NCBI GenBank assembly: GCA_035500975.1
Contig: DATJWT010000024.1
Location: forward strand, 1-51,129
Reading direction: 5' to 3'
Length of the DNA stretch: 51,129 nt
Source of the DNA: Candidatus Binataceae bacterium
GTDB lineage: Bacteria; Desulfobacterota; Binatia; Binatales; Binataceae
A program made the translations under genes and the position numbers. Under the pieces are notes generated by a model. The model did not search any database. It was not told the DNA's origin and worked only from the letters and a program-made list of their open reading frames with translations. Positions 17,027-26,562 of the stretch are shown piece by piece; positions within the stretch are counted from its first letter, which is position 1, and each line of letters opens with the position of its first letter.

Positions 17027-18457
17027 TTAATGTCCAAGCGAACGCGGATTGAACACCTGATCGTCGATTGCACCAGTATTGATTTTCTGATCGAAGGGGC
17101 CGTGCGCGGGCACCACCGACCGAAAAAACAATCGCGCCCGTTGATTTGTCGTGAGTCCGCCGAGATCGGAATGGGCGGTGAGAGCGGGTTGGAACGCGAG
17201 CGGGACGTAGAAGGAGCCCGCCAGGTCGAATAGTGAGCCGCCTTCGGCTGCGGGCCGAATGCGCCACAAGGGAGCGGCAACTTCCTGGAGCTCGGCGACT
17301 TCACTGCGGGCGTTTGATTCGAAGAACTCGGCACCGAGCCAGATGTAGGTTTCGCTGTCAATCCAAATCAGAGTGCGCAGGTTCATGTAGTTGTCGTCAG
17401 TCGGGATCATCTCGATGATATAGGCGCTGCGCATTTCGAATGGCTCCTCACTCAGTGCAAGGGTGTCGGATTCAGAAAGCAAGGTGGAAGTCGGGTTGTC
17501 GCGGTCGCGTCCAGCGAATCCTGCCGGTTCATCGTCGGCCGTTATGCACCCAAGAATCGGTGTGGTTCCGAGCAGACGGTAAGAATAGGCCTCGGTCTTG
17601 GGTAGCGCGTAGGCCCAGTAGGGCTGATGACAGGAACGACACTCGTGGTTGAGGTAGGGCGGCGAGGCTGCCTGGTGGCCAATCCGCCGGGTCTGGTTAT
17701 TGAAGGTGTAGCTTTCATCGGGAGTACGGGGATCGAGCGCGCGCAACCAGATGGTCGCGCCACCATGCACGCTCTGCTGATTGTTCCAGCTATCGCAGCG
17801 CGCTTTCCATTCGAGTCGTTCAGAGTTGGGCTCCAGCGTGGGGCGCGGCTCGATCTGGGTGCGATGTTCGAAACGCAAGAAGCTGAATCTGTCGCAGAGA
17901 AACGCTTGGTCCGGTTCGCTATCAATCGGCCTGGCGGCAGGCCGCGTGGAAGCTGAATAGCCGGAGCTCATCCACGGGCTGAGCGTAAAGTCGTCAGGCA
18001 TGACCGGCCCCATGTGCCAGTTGTAGGCAATCTTTCGGGCAGCTTTCGGGTCGTACACGTTGACCAGCGGGAACGGCATGCCGGCCACGTAATGCGCGAT
18101 GTTGTCATCGCTATCGAGACTGACCTGGGGAGAATACTTCTCCGTGGCCTCCTTGTAGCCGCGGGGCCAGTCGATCCTCTGCGGTTCCGTCACCCTGATT
18201 TTGAAGCCGTGATGGACCGCAAAGATTACCGCGGAGGCCAGGTAGCATTCGTATTGAGAGACGTTGGACGTATCAATAACGAGGCCCGCGTGAGGAGTAC
18301 CTGCGCAATGCCCGGGCGTGACCCCGCTGTTGGCTGCATACGCGTTCGGCGGGGTCCCGGCCTGGGCGAGGCCGCAGAAGGTCAGCGCGTGGACGGCCAG
18401 GGCGAGCCCCAGAATGGAACTGGCCATGGAGGCGTCGGCTGGGCAGGCACGGGGCAT
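17027..18457 (-). CDS. DUF1329-like secreted protein (divergent paralogue), 476 aa
   Basis: GAGG RBS lies 7 nt before ATG 18457. A signal-peptide-like N-terminus ends ...GLAQA. It shares RIDWP..YKEATEKYSPQV...YVAGMPFP...DP.AA.KI.YNW with the two paralogues at 47396 and 49125. It contains CRSCH at 17627-17641. Confidence 0.7.
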   Translation of the reverse strand: MPRACPADASMASSILGLALAVHALTFCGLAQAGTPPNAYAANSGVTPGHCAGTPHAGLVIDTSNVSQYECYLASAVIFAVHHGFKIRVTEPQRIDWPRGYKEATEKYSPQVSLDSDDNIAHYVAGMPFPLVNVYDPKAARKIAYNWHMGPVMPDDFTLSPWMSSGYSASTRPAARPIDSEPDQAFLCDRFSFLRFEHRTQIEPRPTLEPNSERLEWKARCDSWNNQQSVHGGATIWLRALDPRTPDESYTFNNQTRRIGHQAASPPYLNHECRSCHQPYWAYALPKTEAYSYRLLGTTPILGCITADDEPAGFAGRDRDNPTSTLLSESDTLALSEEPFEMRSAYIIEMIPTDDNYMNLRTLIWIDSETYIWLGAEFFESNARSEVAELQEVAAPLWRIRPAAEGGSLFDLAGSFYVPLAFQPALTAHSDLGGLTTNQRARLFFRSVVPAHGPFDQKINTGAIDDQVFNPRSLGH

Positions 18458-18500
18458 TTCGAACCCTCGATCCGCAAACGGGTTTGTGCGTTATGTCTAG

Positions 18501-18519
18501 TGTATAGCAACACTATACA
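18501..18519. promoter_or_regulatory. AT-rich inverted repeat TGTATAG-N5-CTATACA (candidate operator)
   Basis: 7-bp perfect arms at 18501-18507 and 18513-18519, 44-62 bp upstream of the DUF1329-like start codon, in the 110-bp gap after the GST-like gene. Confidence 0.35.
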
Positions 18520-18567
18520 TCAATCCTCCCAATAGCAAGCATGGGAGACGGGCAGCCAGGGTGGGAA

Positions 18568-19605
18568 TCAAATCTTTGTGGAGAAAATTGCTTCCGCGCT
18601 GGTGCCGCCCAGTTGGGAATCGACGAAGTCGCGATCGCTCCCGGACAATGCGGCGTGGCGTTCGCGGAGCCACTTGAGGCACTTGGCCTGGTATGGGAAC
18701 GGCTGCTGGACCCATCGTCGACCGTCGATCTCGCACTCGACCTGCGCTGCGCTGGCCTGAAGCGCGCGCGCATTGGCGATGAGGAACGGCGCGTACACGC
18801 GGCCGATCTCCGTGAAAAATCCGTGCAAGGTCGATGGAAGCGCAGAGCGTGAACTCCACCCGTCCTCCTCGACTTCCAGCCCCGACAGGTCGTCCAGGTG
18901 CGATACCCACGACACGACGCGGGGCGTCTCGCTTGCGGCGATTGCTGCCGGTGTTGGATCGAAATGCACGAGTTGGCTCAGTTGTCCGAATAGCCCGAAG
19001 TCGCCGACTCCCGGCCGCTTGCCCATCAGGAACATGTTCCCGCTTTGCAGATGCGCGTCGAGCAGGCCGAGCAATCGACGATAGCTGTCCTCGATGACCG
19101 GAGTGGTCACATCGTTGGAGCCGACCACGCTCAGCCGCGAGATTTGTCGGTCGGCGAAAAAGTGCGCGGCTTTCGCGAGTCGCTCCGGGTTCAAATGGGG
19201 ATCGCGATCGAGCGCGAGCACATGCGATGCCTTGAGAATGTCCGCCGCGTACTTCCATCGGAAATGGAACATCGGCTTGGTCAGCCATTCGTCCGCGTAG
19301 TCTTCGATCAGCTCCTGCAGGAAACCGAGCCCCGGGTCACGAGGCACAATCGATCGCTCGCTGAACATCGTTTCGAGGCGGCGAACCTGGAAGGTCGAAT
19401 CGATCATCGCCTCGTCCTGACTGCCGTTGCGGCCCGGGAAAACGACTACCGGAATCAGCGCGACCGGCACCGCGGGAATTCCGGTATCTTCCGCTGAACC
19501 CCGCATGATCCACCGAAATGGAATACGCCGGTAGCGCAGCACCGCACGCATCTTGCGCGAGTAAGGCGAACCGAATCCGCCTACCAGCTTCAGCGGCGAT
19601 TGCAT
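18568..19605 (-). CDS. glutathione S-transferase-like protein, 345 aa
   Basis: The N-terminus LKLVGGFGSPYSRKMRAVLRYRRIPF is a GST/thioredoxin-like fold, and the helical C-domain carries GDFGLFGQL. The start lies 1 nt after the sulfatase stop. Confidence 0.75.
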   Translation of the reverse strand: MQSPLKLVGGFGSPYSRKMRAVLRYRRIPFRWIMRGSAEDTGIPAVPVALIPVVVFPGRNGSQDEAMIDSTFQVRRLETMFSERSIVPRDPGLGFLQELIEDYADEWLTKPMFHFRWKYAADILKASHVLALDRDPHLNPERLAKAAHFFADRQISRLSVVGSNDVTTPVIEDSYRRLLGLLDAHLQSGNMFLMGKRPGVGDFGLFGQLSQLVHFDPTPAAIAASETPRVVSWVSHLDDLSGLEVEEDGWSSRSALPSTLHGFFTEIGRVYAPFLIANARALQASAAQVECEIDGRRWVQQPFPYQAKCLKWLRERHAALSGSDRDFVDSQLGGTSAEAIFSTKI

Positions 19606-19606
19606 G

Positions 19607-21184
19607 TCACGCCGGCGCTTCGACCGGAAGCATCGGGTCGCGCGGCTTTGGCAGATTGTCGTAGAGGTCCGCGATCAGATCGGACTTCATCTTCTGATAT
19701 CCCGCATCGCTCCAGAGGTTGCGCCACTGCATCGGGTCTTCGGCCAGATTGTACAGCTCACCCTCGGTCCCATCGTAGCTGATGTTGGGCGTCGGAGCGC
19801 TGCCGCGCAGCATGGCCGGTATCTGCGCCATGTCGAAGCCGATTTTGCGCGTCGATTTCTCGTACACGGTGCAGACCCATCCGTCGCGGCAGATGGTGCG
19901 CATATGCATGCCGATCTGCTTGAACTGGCTGTCCCATTCCGTGATCACTCGTTCGCGTCGCGAGGTTGGCGTCGTCGGCAGCGGCGTGCCTTGCGCCCAT
20001 TCGGGAATCGCAACGCCCGCGATCTCGCAGAACGTCGGCACCAGGTCGAGATGCCCGACCGGGTCGTTGATCTCCGCCGGGGCAATCGATGCAGACGGAG
20101 CGGGGCGCCAGATGAACGGCAGTCGCATGAGCGCATCGACGTGGTACGGCCCCTTGTAAAGCAACCCGAAGTCACCCTGGAACTCGCCGTGATCCGTGGT
20201 GAAGAAGACGTCGGTGCGATCGAGCCATCCGCGCTCGCCAATCCGCCTCAGCACTCGTCCCATCGCTTCGTCGATCAGCTCGTTCTCGACATGAACCATC
20301 GCGTTGATTTCGCGGACCTGGTCGGTCGTCATCTTGCACGGCACGAACACTCCTGGGCCACCTTCATCGTTGCCGAACCGGCCTTCGTACCAATCCAGCC
20401 AATGGCGCGGCTTCTGCGCGAGGATCTTTTCAATTTTGTCCCTCGACCCGGGGTAACCTGCCGGCAGATCCAGGTCTTGCCATTTGATGCGGCGGGCTTC
20501 ACTGGCGGGCGGATCCCACGGATGGTGCGGGTCGGGGAAGCTCATCCATACGAACCAGCTCTCATCGGCCTTGAGCGAATCGAGATACGCGATCGTGCGA
20601 TCCGCCACCCAATCGGTGTGGTAGTGCTCGCGCGGAATGGGATTGTATGCGACCTCGGGAGCGCCCGTATCGCCGCCCGGCGCCGCGCTCAACAGGCGCG
20701 AAAAGCCGCCAAGCTCGGCCGGGAAGTTCTTCTGCAGCCACAGCGAGTAGTGCCAGCCGTTGAGCGGCGCATGCATCGCCAGCTCGAGATGCTCGAACCC
20801 TCGATGCGGCCCGGTCGAGCCTTCGCGCGCCATGCGGTTTTCGAACCAGCGCGCCGTGAAATCGAAGGCCGGCTCGAAATGCGCCTTGCCGAGCAGCGCG
20901 GTCCGGTATCCCGCCTTCTCGTTGAGGTATCCCGCGATACTCGGCGCATCGGGCGGCAACGCGATACCGTTGGCGAACACGCCGTGAGTGCGCACGTACT
21001 GCCCGGTGACCATCGTCGATCGTGCCGGCATGCAGACCGTGTTCTGGTTATGCGCGCGGCGATAGTTGATGCCGTCGGCGGCCAGCCGGTCGGCAACGGG
21101 AGTGCGCGCGATCTCGCCGCCGTTGCATCCGAGCGAATCGTAACGCTGCTGGTCGGTCGTGATAAAAAGAATGTTGCGGGCCAT
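19607..21184 (-). CDS. Cys-type sulfatase (arylsulfatase family), 525 aa
   Basis: The N-terminus reads NILFITTDQQRYD. CMPARSTMVTG matches the C-x-P-x-R formylglycine signature. AGGAG RBS lies before ATG 21184. Confidence 0.9.
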   Translation of the reverse strand: MARNILFITTDQQRYDSLGCNGGEIARTPVADRLAADGINYRRAHNQNTVCMPARSTMVTGQYVRTHGVFANGIALPPDAPSIAGYLNEKAGYRTALLGKAHFEPAFDFTARWFENRMAREGSTGPHRGFEHLELAMHAPLNGWHYSLWLQKNFPAELGGFSRLLSAAPGGDTGAPEVAYNPIPREHYHTDWVADRTIAYLDSLKADESWFVWMSFPDPHHPWDPPASEARRIKWQDLDLPAGYPGSRDKIEKILAQKPRHWLDWYEGRFGNDEGGPGVFVPCKMTTDQVREINAMVHVENELIDEAMGRVLRRIGERGWLDRTDVFFTTDHGEFQGDFGLLYKGPYHVDALMRLPFIWRPAPSASIAPAEINDPVGHLDLVPTFCEIAGVAIPEWAQGTPLPTTPTSRRERVITEWDSQFKQIGMHMRTICRDGWVCTVYEKSTRKIGFDMAQIPAMLRGSAPTPNISYDGTEGELYNLAEDPMQWRNLWSDAGYQKMKSDLIADLYDNLPKPRDPMLPVEAPA

Positions 21185-21226
21185 GTAAGGACTCCTGGAG
21201 GTTCGTAAGCCGGCCAGGGCGCGGAG

Positions 21227-21826
21227 CTATTTCCCGCCCTTGAGCGTGGTTCGAATCAAGCGTTCGATGATCTTGCCGGACTGCTTGACCGACAACTCCG
21301 CCCGTCGACGCAGGAATTCCCACATCTCCCAGCTCGTGACGCCTTCGAGGGCAGCTCGCACCTCGTCTGCGTCATCGCCGGAGAGCGACTTCAACTCGGG
21401 ATCGAAAGTCTGAAACGTATGCGAGCGCGCCAGTTCCTGCGCAAACCTCATCCGTCGAGAGATTTCCGCCGAGGAACTCTCGAGACGAATGCTGGCGCGC
21501 CGCGCCGGTGCGACATACTCCAGCACCCGTGCGCGGTTGCGGATGAAAGCTTGAAGACGATCATCGAACGGCAAGGCGGGATCTATCTCTTTCGCCATCG
21601 CGTTGACGCGTTCGATCTGTAGGTCCGCGGCGCTCGCGTAAATTGCCTCAAGATCCTCGAAGTGATGGAACACGAGCCGCAGTGAAACCTTGGCCCGCTC
21701 GGCGATCTGCACCGCCGTGGGCTGCTCGACACCTTCGTTCACCAGGTCGAGGAGAGCCTCGGCCAAGGCGAGACGCGCGCGATAGCTGCGCGCCGCACGC
21801 CCATCCTTGGGCACCGTGGCTGCCAT
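21227..21826 (-). CDS. TetR/AcrR family transcriptional regulator, 199 aa
   Basis: N-terminal HTH segment TAVQIAERAKVSLRLVFHHFEDLEAIY. Only 42 nt separate its stop from the sulfatase start. Confidence 0.85.
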   Translation of the reverse strand: MAATVPKDGRAARSYRARLALAEALLDLVNEGVEQPTAVQIAERAKVSLRLVFHHFEDLEAIYASAADLQIERVNAMAKEIDPALPFDDRLQAFIRNRARVLEYVAPARRASIRLESSSAEISRRMRFAQELARSHTFQTFDPELKSLSGDDADEVRAALEGVTSWEMWEFLRRRAELSVKQSGKIIERLIRTTLKGGK

Positions 21827-21903
21827 GCAAGATACTTATTACATCGCCAGTGCAAATACAAGGCCGCGCCAACGGCACCCGGCGTCGTTTGGCGAGCGCT
21901 GAT

Positions 21904-22512
21904 TTAGTCTTTACCGTCCAGGATTGAGAGCAGGTTTTCTGTAATGCGCAGGGTCAAACCCCAGATGGTTTGGCCGCCGTAAAGGATCGCCGGAAATTTT
22001 GAGCGGTTGGCTTCCCACTGGTACTCTCCGCGATAACGAGGATCAGTCAGTGCGCCCAACGGCACTTCGAAAATCTCCGCGACTTCGTTGGGGCATGGAG
22101 CGAATGCGGTCGAAGCGGGGACGACTCCCGCGAATGGCGCCACCGTTATCCCGCTGGTCAAGGTACTCATCTCGGGGAAAGCTCCCAGAACATCAACGGT
22201 TGCGGGATCGATCGCGACTTCTTCCTGCGCTTCCCGCAGCGCCGTGTGCAGCAGGGTCGCATCGGTGGGATCGACGCGGCCGCCGGGAAAGGCGACCTGC
22301 CCGCGATGGCTCGAGACGTGGTCGGCTCTGCGGATGTAAACGAGGTGCAATTCGCCTTCGCGTTCGAGAATCGGGACCAGGACCGCCGCGCCTTTCGAGT
22401 TGCCGGCCAGCTTCTCGCGCGGGACCGGCGTTTCTCGCGACAAAACCTTGCGCAGCCGCTCGATGTGGCGAGTGTGATCTGCGGTCTTCCTGGTTTTGTT
22501 CGTCAGGGCCAT
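21904..22512 (-). CDS. NUDIX hydrolase, CoA pyrophosphatase type, 202 aa
   Basis: The segment AAVLVPILE...HLVYIRRADHVSSHRGQVAFPGGRVD...ALREAQEEVAI contains the Nudix box with the upstream CoA-pyrophosphatase-type motif. Confidence 0.8.
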   Translation of the reverse strand: MALTNKTRKTADHTRHIERLRKVLSRETPVPREKLAGNSKGAAVLVPILEREGELHLVYIRRADHVSSHRGQVAFPGGRVDPTDATLLHTALREAQEEVAIDPATVDVLGAFPEMSTLTSGITVAPFAGVVPASTAFAPCPNEVAEIFEVPLGALTDPRYRGEYQWEANRSKFPAILYGGQTIWGLTLRITENLLSILDGKD

Positions 22513-22608
22513 AGGCAGACAACATCATGCGCCACTGCTCCGATGCAAGCGACGCGCATTGGATCATGGAGCCGCGGCGCGTAAGCTCGTGAGTCTGGCG
22601 GCGAAGCG

Positions 22609-23817
22609 ATGCGTTACCTCATCGGCAGATACCACGAGATTGCGCTCAAGGGGCGCAACCAGTGGCGCTTCATCGAGCAGCTCAAGCACAACCTGCGTGC
22701 GGTGTTCGCCGATGTGAAGCTGGGCAGGATGCGTGGTGAAGGACCCCGAATCATTGTGGAGCTGCCGGATGCCATCGATGACGCGACGGCGATCGCACGC
22801 GCATCGGCGATTTTCGGATTCGCCAATTTTTCCCTGAGCTACCGCGTCCCTCTCGACCTGGATGCAATCAAGGCCGAAGCGATTGCTCGCGCCCGAGAAC
22901 ATCCCGCGCGAACCTTCCGGGTACGCGCGCGCCGCGGAGACAAGCGCTTTCCGATGAATTCGATGGAGGTCGATCGCGAGGTCGGCGCCGCAATCATCGA
23001 TGCGCTCGGGTTCAAAGTGGATCTGCGCGATCCGGAGCTGACCGTCTCGATCGAGATCCTCGCGGATGCCGCGTTCGTCTCGGCCGGTAAGATTCCGGGA
23101 CCCGGGGGATTGCCGGTCGGAGTATCCGGGCGTGCTCTTGCGCTCATTTCGGGCGGAATCGATTCTCCGGTCGCAGCCTACCGGATGATGCGACGTGGGC
23201 TCTCCCTCGACTTCGTGCACTTTCACGCATACCCGTTGGTCACGGCGGCGAGCCTGGAGAAGGCCTGTGACCTGGTCGCTCATCTGACGCGCTACCAGGC
23301 CAGGTCGACGATCGCGCTGGTGCCGTTCGGCATGCTGCAGCGCGAAATAGTGGCGGGCTCAGACCGCCCGCTGAGAGTGATCCTGTATCGCCGCTTCATG
23401 ATGCGGATTGCGTCGGCGCTCGCCGCACGGTTTCGCGCGCGAGCGCTGGTCACGGGGGAAAGCCTCGGCCAGGTAGCATCGCAGACGCTCGACAACATGG
23501 TGGTGATCGAGAGTGCGGCGAGGGTTCCGGTCATGCGGCCGCTACTCGCGATGGACAAGAATGAGATAGTCGACCAGGCACGCGCGATCGGTACCTTCGA
23601 AACCTCGATTCTGCCCGACCAGGACTGCTGCACACTGTTTGTGCCGGAGCATCCGGAAACCCATGCGCGACTGGCTGAAGTCGAGGCCATGGAGAAACGC
23701 TTCGAAGTAGATCGGATGGTGGAAGATGCCGTGCGATCCACCGAGGTACGACGGTTCACGTTTCCGCCGCGTGACGAGGCAGGCGCCGGCGCTGCCAGGG
23801 AGTATCGCGATGGATAG
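22609..23817 (+). CDS. thiI: tRNA 4-thiouridine(8) synthase ThiI (no rhodanese domain), 402 aa
   Basis: The N-terminus YHEIALKGRNQ, a THUMP region and the PP-loop LISGGIDSPVAAY are present. Confidence 0.9.
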   Translation: MRYLIGRYHEIALKGRNQWRFIEQLKHNLRAVFADVKLGRMRGEGPRIIVELPDAIDDATAIARASAIFGFANFSLSYRVPLDLDAIKAEAIARAREHPARTFRVRARRGDKRFPMNSMEVDREVGAAIIDALGFKVDLRDPELTVSIEILADAAFVSAGKIPGPGGLPVGVSGRALALISGGIDSPVAAYRMMRRGLSLDFVHFHAYPLVTAASLEKACDLVAHLTRYQARSTIALVPFGMLQREIVAGSDRPLRVILYRRFMMRIASALAARFRARALVTGESLGQVASQTLDNMVVIESAARVPVMRPLLAMDKNEIVDQARAIGTFETSILPDQDCCTLFVPEHPETHARLAEVEAMEKRFEVDRMVEDAVRSTEVRRFTFPPRDEAGAGAAREYRDG

Positions 23818-24202
23818 GCCGCTGGAAGTAGCAGAGCTCGACCACATCGTGCTGCGATGCCGCGACAAGGAACGCACACTCGATTTCTACACCCGCGTGC
23901 TGGGACTGGCAGTCGAGCGTCGCCTCGATCAGATCGGGCTGGTGCAATTACGCGCGGGCCACAGCATGATCGACCTGGTGCCCGCCAGGGCGGCCCGCTC
24001 CGAAGAGGGACTCAACGTAGACCACTTCTGTATCGGCGTTCAGACCGCGGACCTGGGCAAGGCCGCGGCATACCTCCGGGAGAACGGCGTTGAAGTGATG
24101 GGAGAACCGGTATATCGCTACGGCGCCCGGGGCACCGGCAAATCAATCTATGTCCGCGACCCCGAGGGCAACACCATCGAACTCAAGCAGATGCCCCAGT
24201 AG
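23810..24202 (+). CDS. VOC (glyoxalase/bleomycin-resistance/dioxygenase) family protein, 130 aa
   Basis: ATG 23810 overlaps the thiI end by 8 nt. The segments LDHIVLRCRD...FYTRVLG and DPEGNTIEL are present. The track start at 23726 lies inside thiI. Confidence 0.8.
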   Translation: MDRPLEVAELDHIVLRCRDKERTLDFYTRVLGLAVERRLDQIGLVQLRAGHSMIDLVPARAARSEEGLNVDHFCIGVQTADLGKAAAYLRENGVEVMGEPVYRYGARGTGKSIYVRDPEGNTIELKQMPQ

Positions 24203-24342
24203 TCTCGCCTGCCTGGTGGCCCAAAACCGCTCCCTCACGCCGGCCCGGATTCGCCGCGCTTTCGTTAAGCAGAACTTGTTTTTGCAGGGCGAGCCATTAG
24301 AATCGCTAGCGTTTGGCGACCCGGGGGAGGGGAGTTTACATC

Positions 24343-25557
24343 ATGCTCAAACCTGAACTTCGTGCGAACCGTCTGGCCTTGTGTATCGCGGCCGTTGGTG
24401 CGCTGCTCGTGGCCGGATGCTCGGGGAAGACGCCCCAGCATACGGCACAGTCCTACGTCGATGACCTGATGCTCTTTAATTATCCGGCCGCGTACCAGTT
24501 GCTGTCCCATCAGGATCAGCTGGACAGGACGATGGACCAATTCCTGACCGAAATTCCGTTGGCTCCCGATGTGAGCCGCGACTGGTTCAAGACCGTTCTG
24601 CATGCCACCACCATGACGGTCGGCGATGCGAAGATCGACGGCGATAAGGCCAATGTCACGATTCACATCGTCCGTCCCGACCTGGCGCTCTGGGAGCGGA
24701 CGATCGACGCGAACCTGGGGCCCAACGACGCGGCAAGTTCGGTTGCCCAGAAAGATGTCAATGACAAAACCTTTCCCAAGCTCGAATACGACGACAACAT
24801 CGCGCTGGTTAAGGTTGGCGATGACTGGAAGATGTTCGTCGATTTTCCGGCCAAGGAAAACATCGTGAAGATGCGCAAGGACGGGATCGACGCATTTCAC
24901 AAGTACGACTACGACAAGGCGATCTCCACGATGCAGAACGCGATCGCCGAGCTCGACAAGGAACAGGCGACCGGAAACGCGGGCATGAAGTTCCTTTACA
25001 ACCGCGACGTCCAGACGTTCCAGAACGTCAAGAACCAGATTCCCGATTCGCAGGCATACATTCCCAAGATTGGGCTGACCGATGTGGACATGAAGATGGC
25101 CGCATCGCGGGTGCCCGGAATCTTCGGCAAGCTCACCAACAACGGCGACAAGGCGATCGACGAAGTCCAGTTCACCGTCACGTACTACGAGGGCAAAGGC
25201 GCCAAGAAAAAGCAGGTGTTCAGCGAGACGCATACGCCGGTTTCGACGCCGTTCGAGTTCACCGACTTCCTGCGGCCGGTCGCTCCGTTCATCCCGGGTG
25301 AATCGCGGCAATTCGGATTCCGCCTGACCGCGCCAGCCGACGTGCAGCAGAAGGCGACCCCCGACCTGAACGTCACGCAGATCGTGTTTACACAGTCGAC
25401 CGCGCCACTGCCCAAGCTGGCCACTCCGACCCCGTCGGCATCGCCGGAAGCCAGCGCTGCCGCATCGGGTGCGGCATCTCCCGCTGCGGCGGCGCCGCCG
25501 GCCGGGGCCGCATCGTCATCGATGCCGCCGTTGCCATCGCCGCCCAAGGCGCAGTAA
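24343..25557 (+). CDS. lipoprotein of unknown function with Pro/Ala/Ser-rich C-terminal tail, 404 aa
   Basis: GGGGGAGGGGAG RBS lies before ATG 24343. Signal peptide with lipobox LLVAGC. Lys/Asp/Asn-rich composition, unlike the Arg-rich antisense ORF. Confidence 0.7.
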   Translation: MLKPELRANRLALCIAAVGALLVAGCSGKTPQHTAQSYVDDLMLFNYPAAYQLLSHQDQLDRTMDQFLTEIPLAPDVSRDWFKTVLHATTMTVGDAKIDGDKANVTIHIVRPDLALWERTIDANLGPNDAASSVAQKDVNDKTFPKLEYDDNIALVKVGDDWKMFVDFPAKENIVKMRKDGIDAFHKYDYDKAISTMQNAIAELDKEQATGNAGMKFLYNRDVQTFQNVKNQIPDSQAYIPKIGLTDVDMKMAASRVPGIFGKLTNNGDKAIDEVQFTVTYYEGKGAKKKQVFSETHTPVSTPFEFTDFLRPVAPFIPGESRQFGFRLTAPADVQQKATPDLNVTQIVFTQSTAPLPKLATPTPSASPEASAAASGAASPAAAAPPAGAASSSMPPLPSPPKAQ

Positions 25558-25580
25558 AGGGCGAAGTTCCCGCGACTTGA

Positions 25581-25615
25581 AGCGGCGCCGGATGGTCCGG
25601 CGCCGCTTTCTTTTC
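25581..25615 (+). terminator. rho-independent terminator after the lipoprotein gene
   Basis: Perfect 12-bp stem AGCGGCGCCGGA / TCCGGCGCCGCT with loop TGG, followed by TTCTTTTC. Confidence 0.8.
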
Positions 25616-25637
25616 GCTATGATGCTGATGCGCGCCG

Positions 25638-26561
25638 GTGTGCGCGCTCTCGACCTTGACGATCGCGATCACCGTAGCCATTCCCACGCACAATCGTGCA
25701 GCGACGCTTGGCGAAACACTCGCGAGCATCGCGGCGTTGCAGGTGCCGCCGGACGCCGCGCTCGATTGCATCGTGGTCGACAACGCATCGAGCGATGCGA
25801 CCCAAGCGGTGGTGGAAGCGGCGGCACAAGGTGCGCCATTCGCGGTTCGGCGCGTCGCCGAGCCGCGGATGGGCTCCAGCTTCGCCCGCAACCGCGCGAT
25901 CGATGAAACGGCCGGCGATTTCATTTTCTTCATCGATGACGATGCGCTCGCGGAGCCGTCGTGGGCGATCGAGATGCTCGCCGCGCTCGAGAGTCGAAAG
26001 CTCGATGCCGTGTGCGGTATGGTTCTACCGCGCTGGTCCGTCGCTCCCCCCCGATGGTTGGGGCCGAGCCTGTGGGTCAAGCTCGCGGTGCACGTGCGCG
26101 AACAAATCGAGTCGGAGCCAACTGCAAAGGCCGAGGTCTTGGCCAACTACTACAGCGCCAATGTCGGATTTCGCCGGTCGGCTTTTGCGCGTTTCGGAAA
26201 ATTTCGCGAAGACCTCGGAGTGGTCGGGGGGAATCCCATCTCGGGCGAGGACACCGAGTTGTTCGAACGAGTCATGAAGCAGGGCGGCACGATGGGGTTC
26301 GCGCCGCGCGCTATCGTTCATCACCTGATCCCGCCGGAGCGGATGACCCGCGCATACCTGCGCCGCAAGAGCTTTGCCTATGGGTTCGGCAGCGCGATTG
26401 CGGGCGGCCGCAGCCACAATCGAATCGACAAGTTGGTGCGAAACCTGGTGCGGATGGCCGGTGCGGCGCTTAGCGGAAACTCCGAACGCACCCTCTACCA
26501 CGAACTGGAGTGCGCGAATTTCTTCGGCTACTGGCGCGGACGAATGGCGCTGCGCAAATAG
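25638..26561 (+). CDS. family 2 glycosyltransferase, 307 aa
   Basis: The segments VAIPTHNRA, IVVDNASSD, ARNRAI and IFFIDDDA (DxD) are present. GTG start is uncertain. Confidence 0.8.
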   Translation: MCALSTLTIAITVAIPTHNRAATLGETLASIAALQVPPDAALDCIVVDNASSDATQAVVEAAAQGAPFAVRRVAEPRMGSSFARNRAIDETAGDFIFFIDDDALAEPSWAIEMLAALESRKLDAVCGMVLPRWSVAPPRWLGPSLWVKLAVHVREQIESEPTAKAEVLANYYSANVGFRRSAFARFGKFREDLGVVGGNPISGEDTELFERVMKQGGTMGFAPRAIVHHLIPPERMTRAYLRRKSFAYGFGSAIAGGRSHNRIDKLVRNLVRMAGAALSGNSERTLYHELECANFFGYWRGRMALRK

Positions 26562-26562
26562 C

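Noticed and set aside
19604-21208. 534-aa ORF on the plus strand
   Set aside because: It lies exactly antisense to the sulfatase gene, which has unmistakable motifs (C-x-P-x-R and TTDQQR). The translation is Arg/Ala/Val-rich with no recognisable fold. It is a typical open antisense frame in GC-rich DNA.
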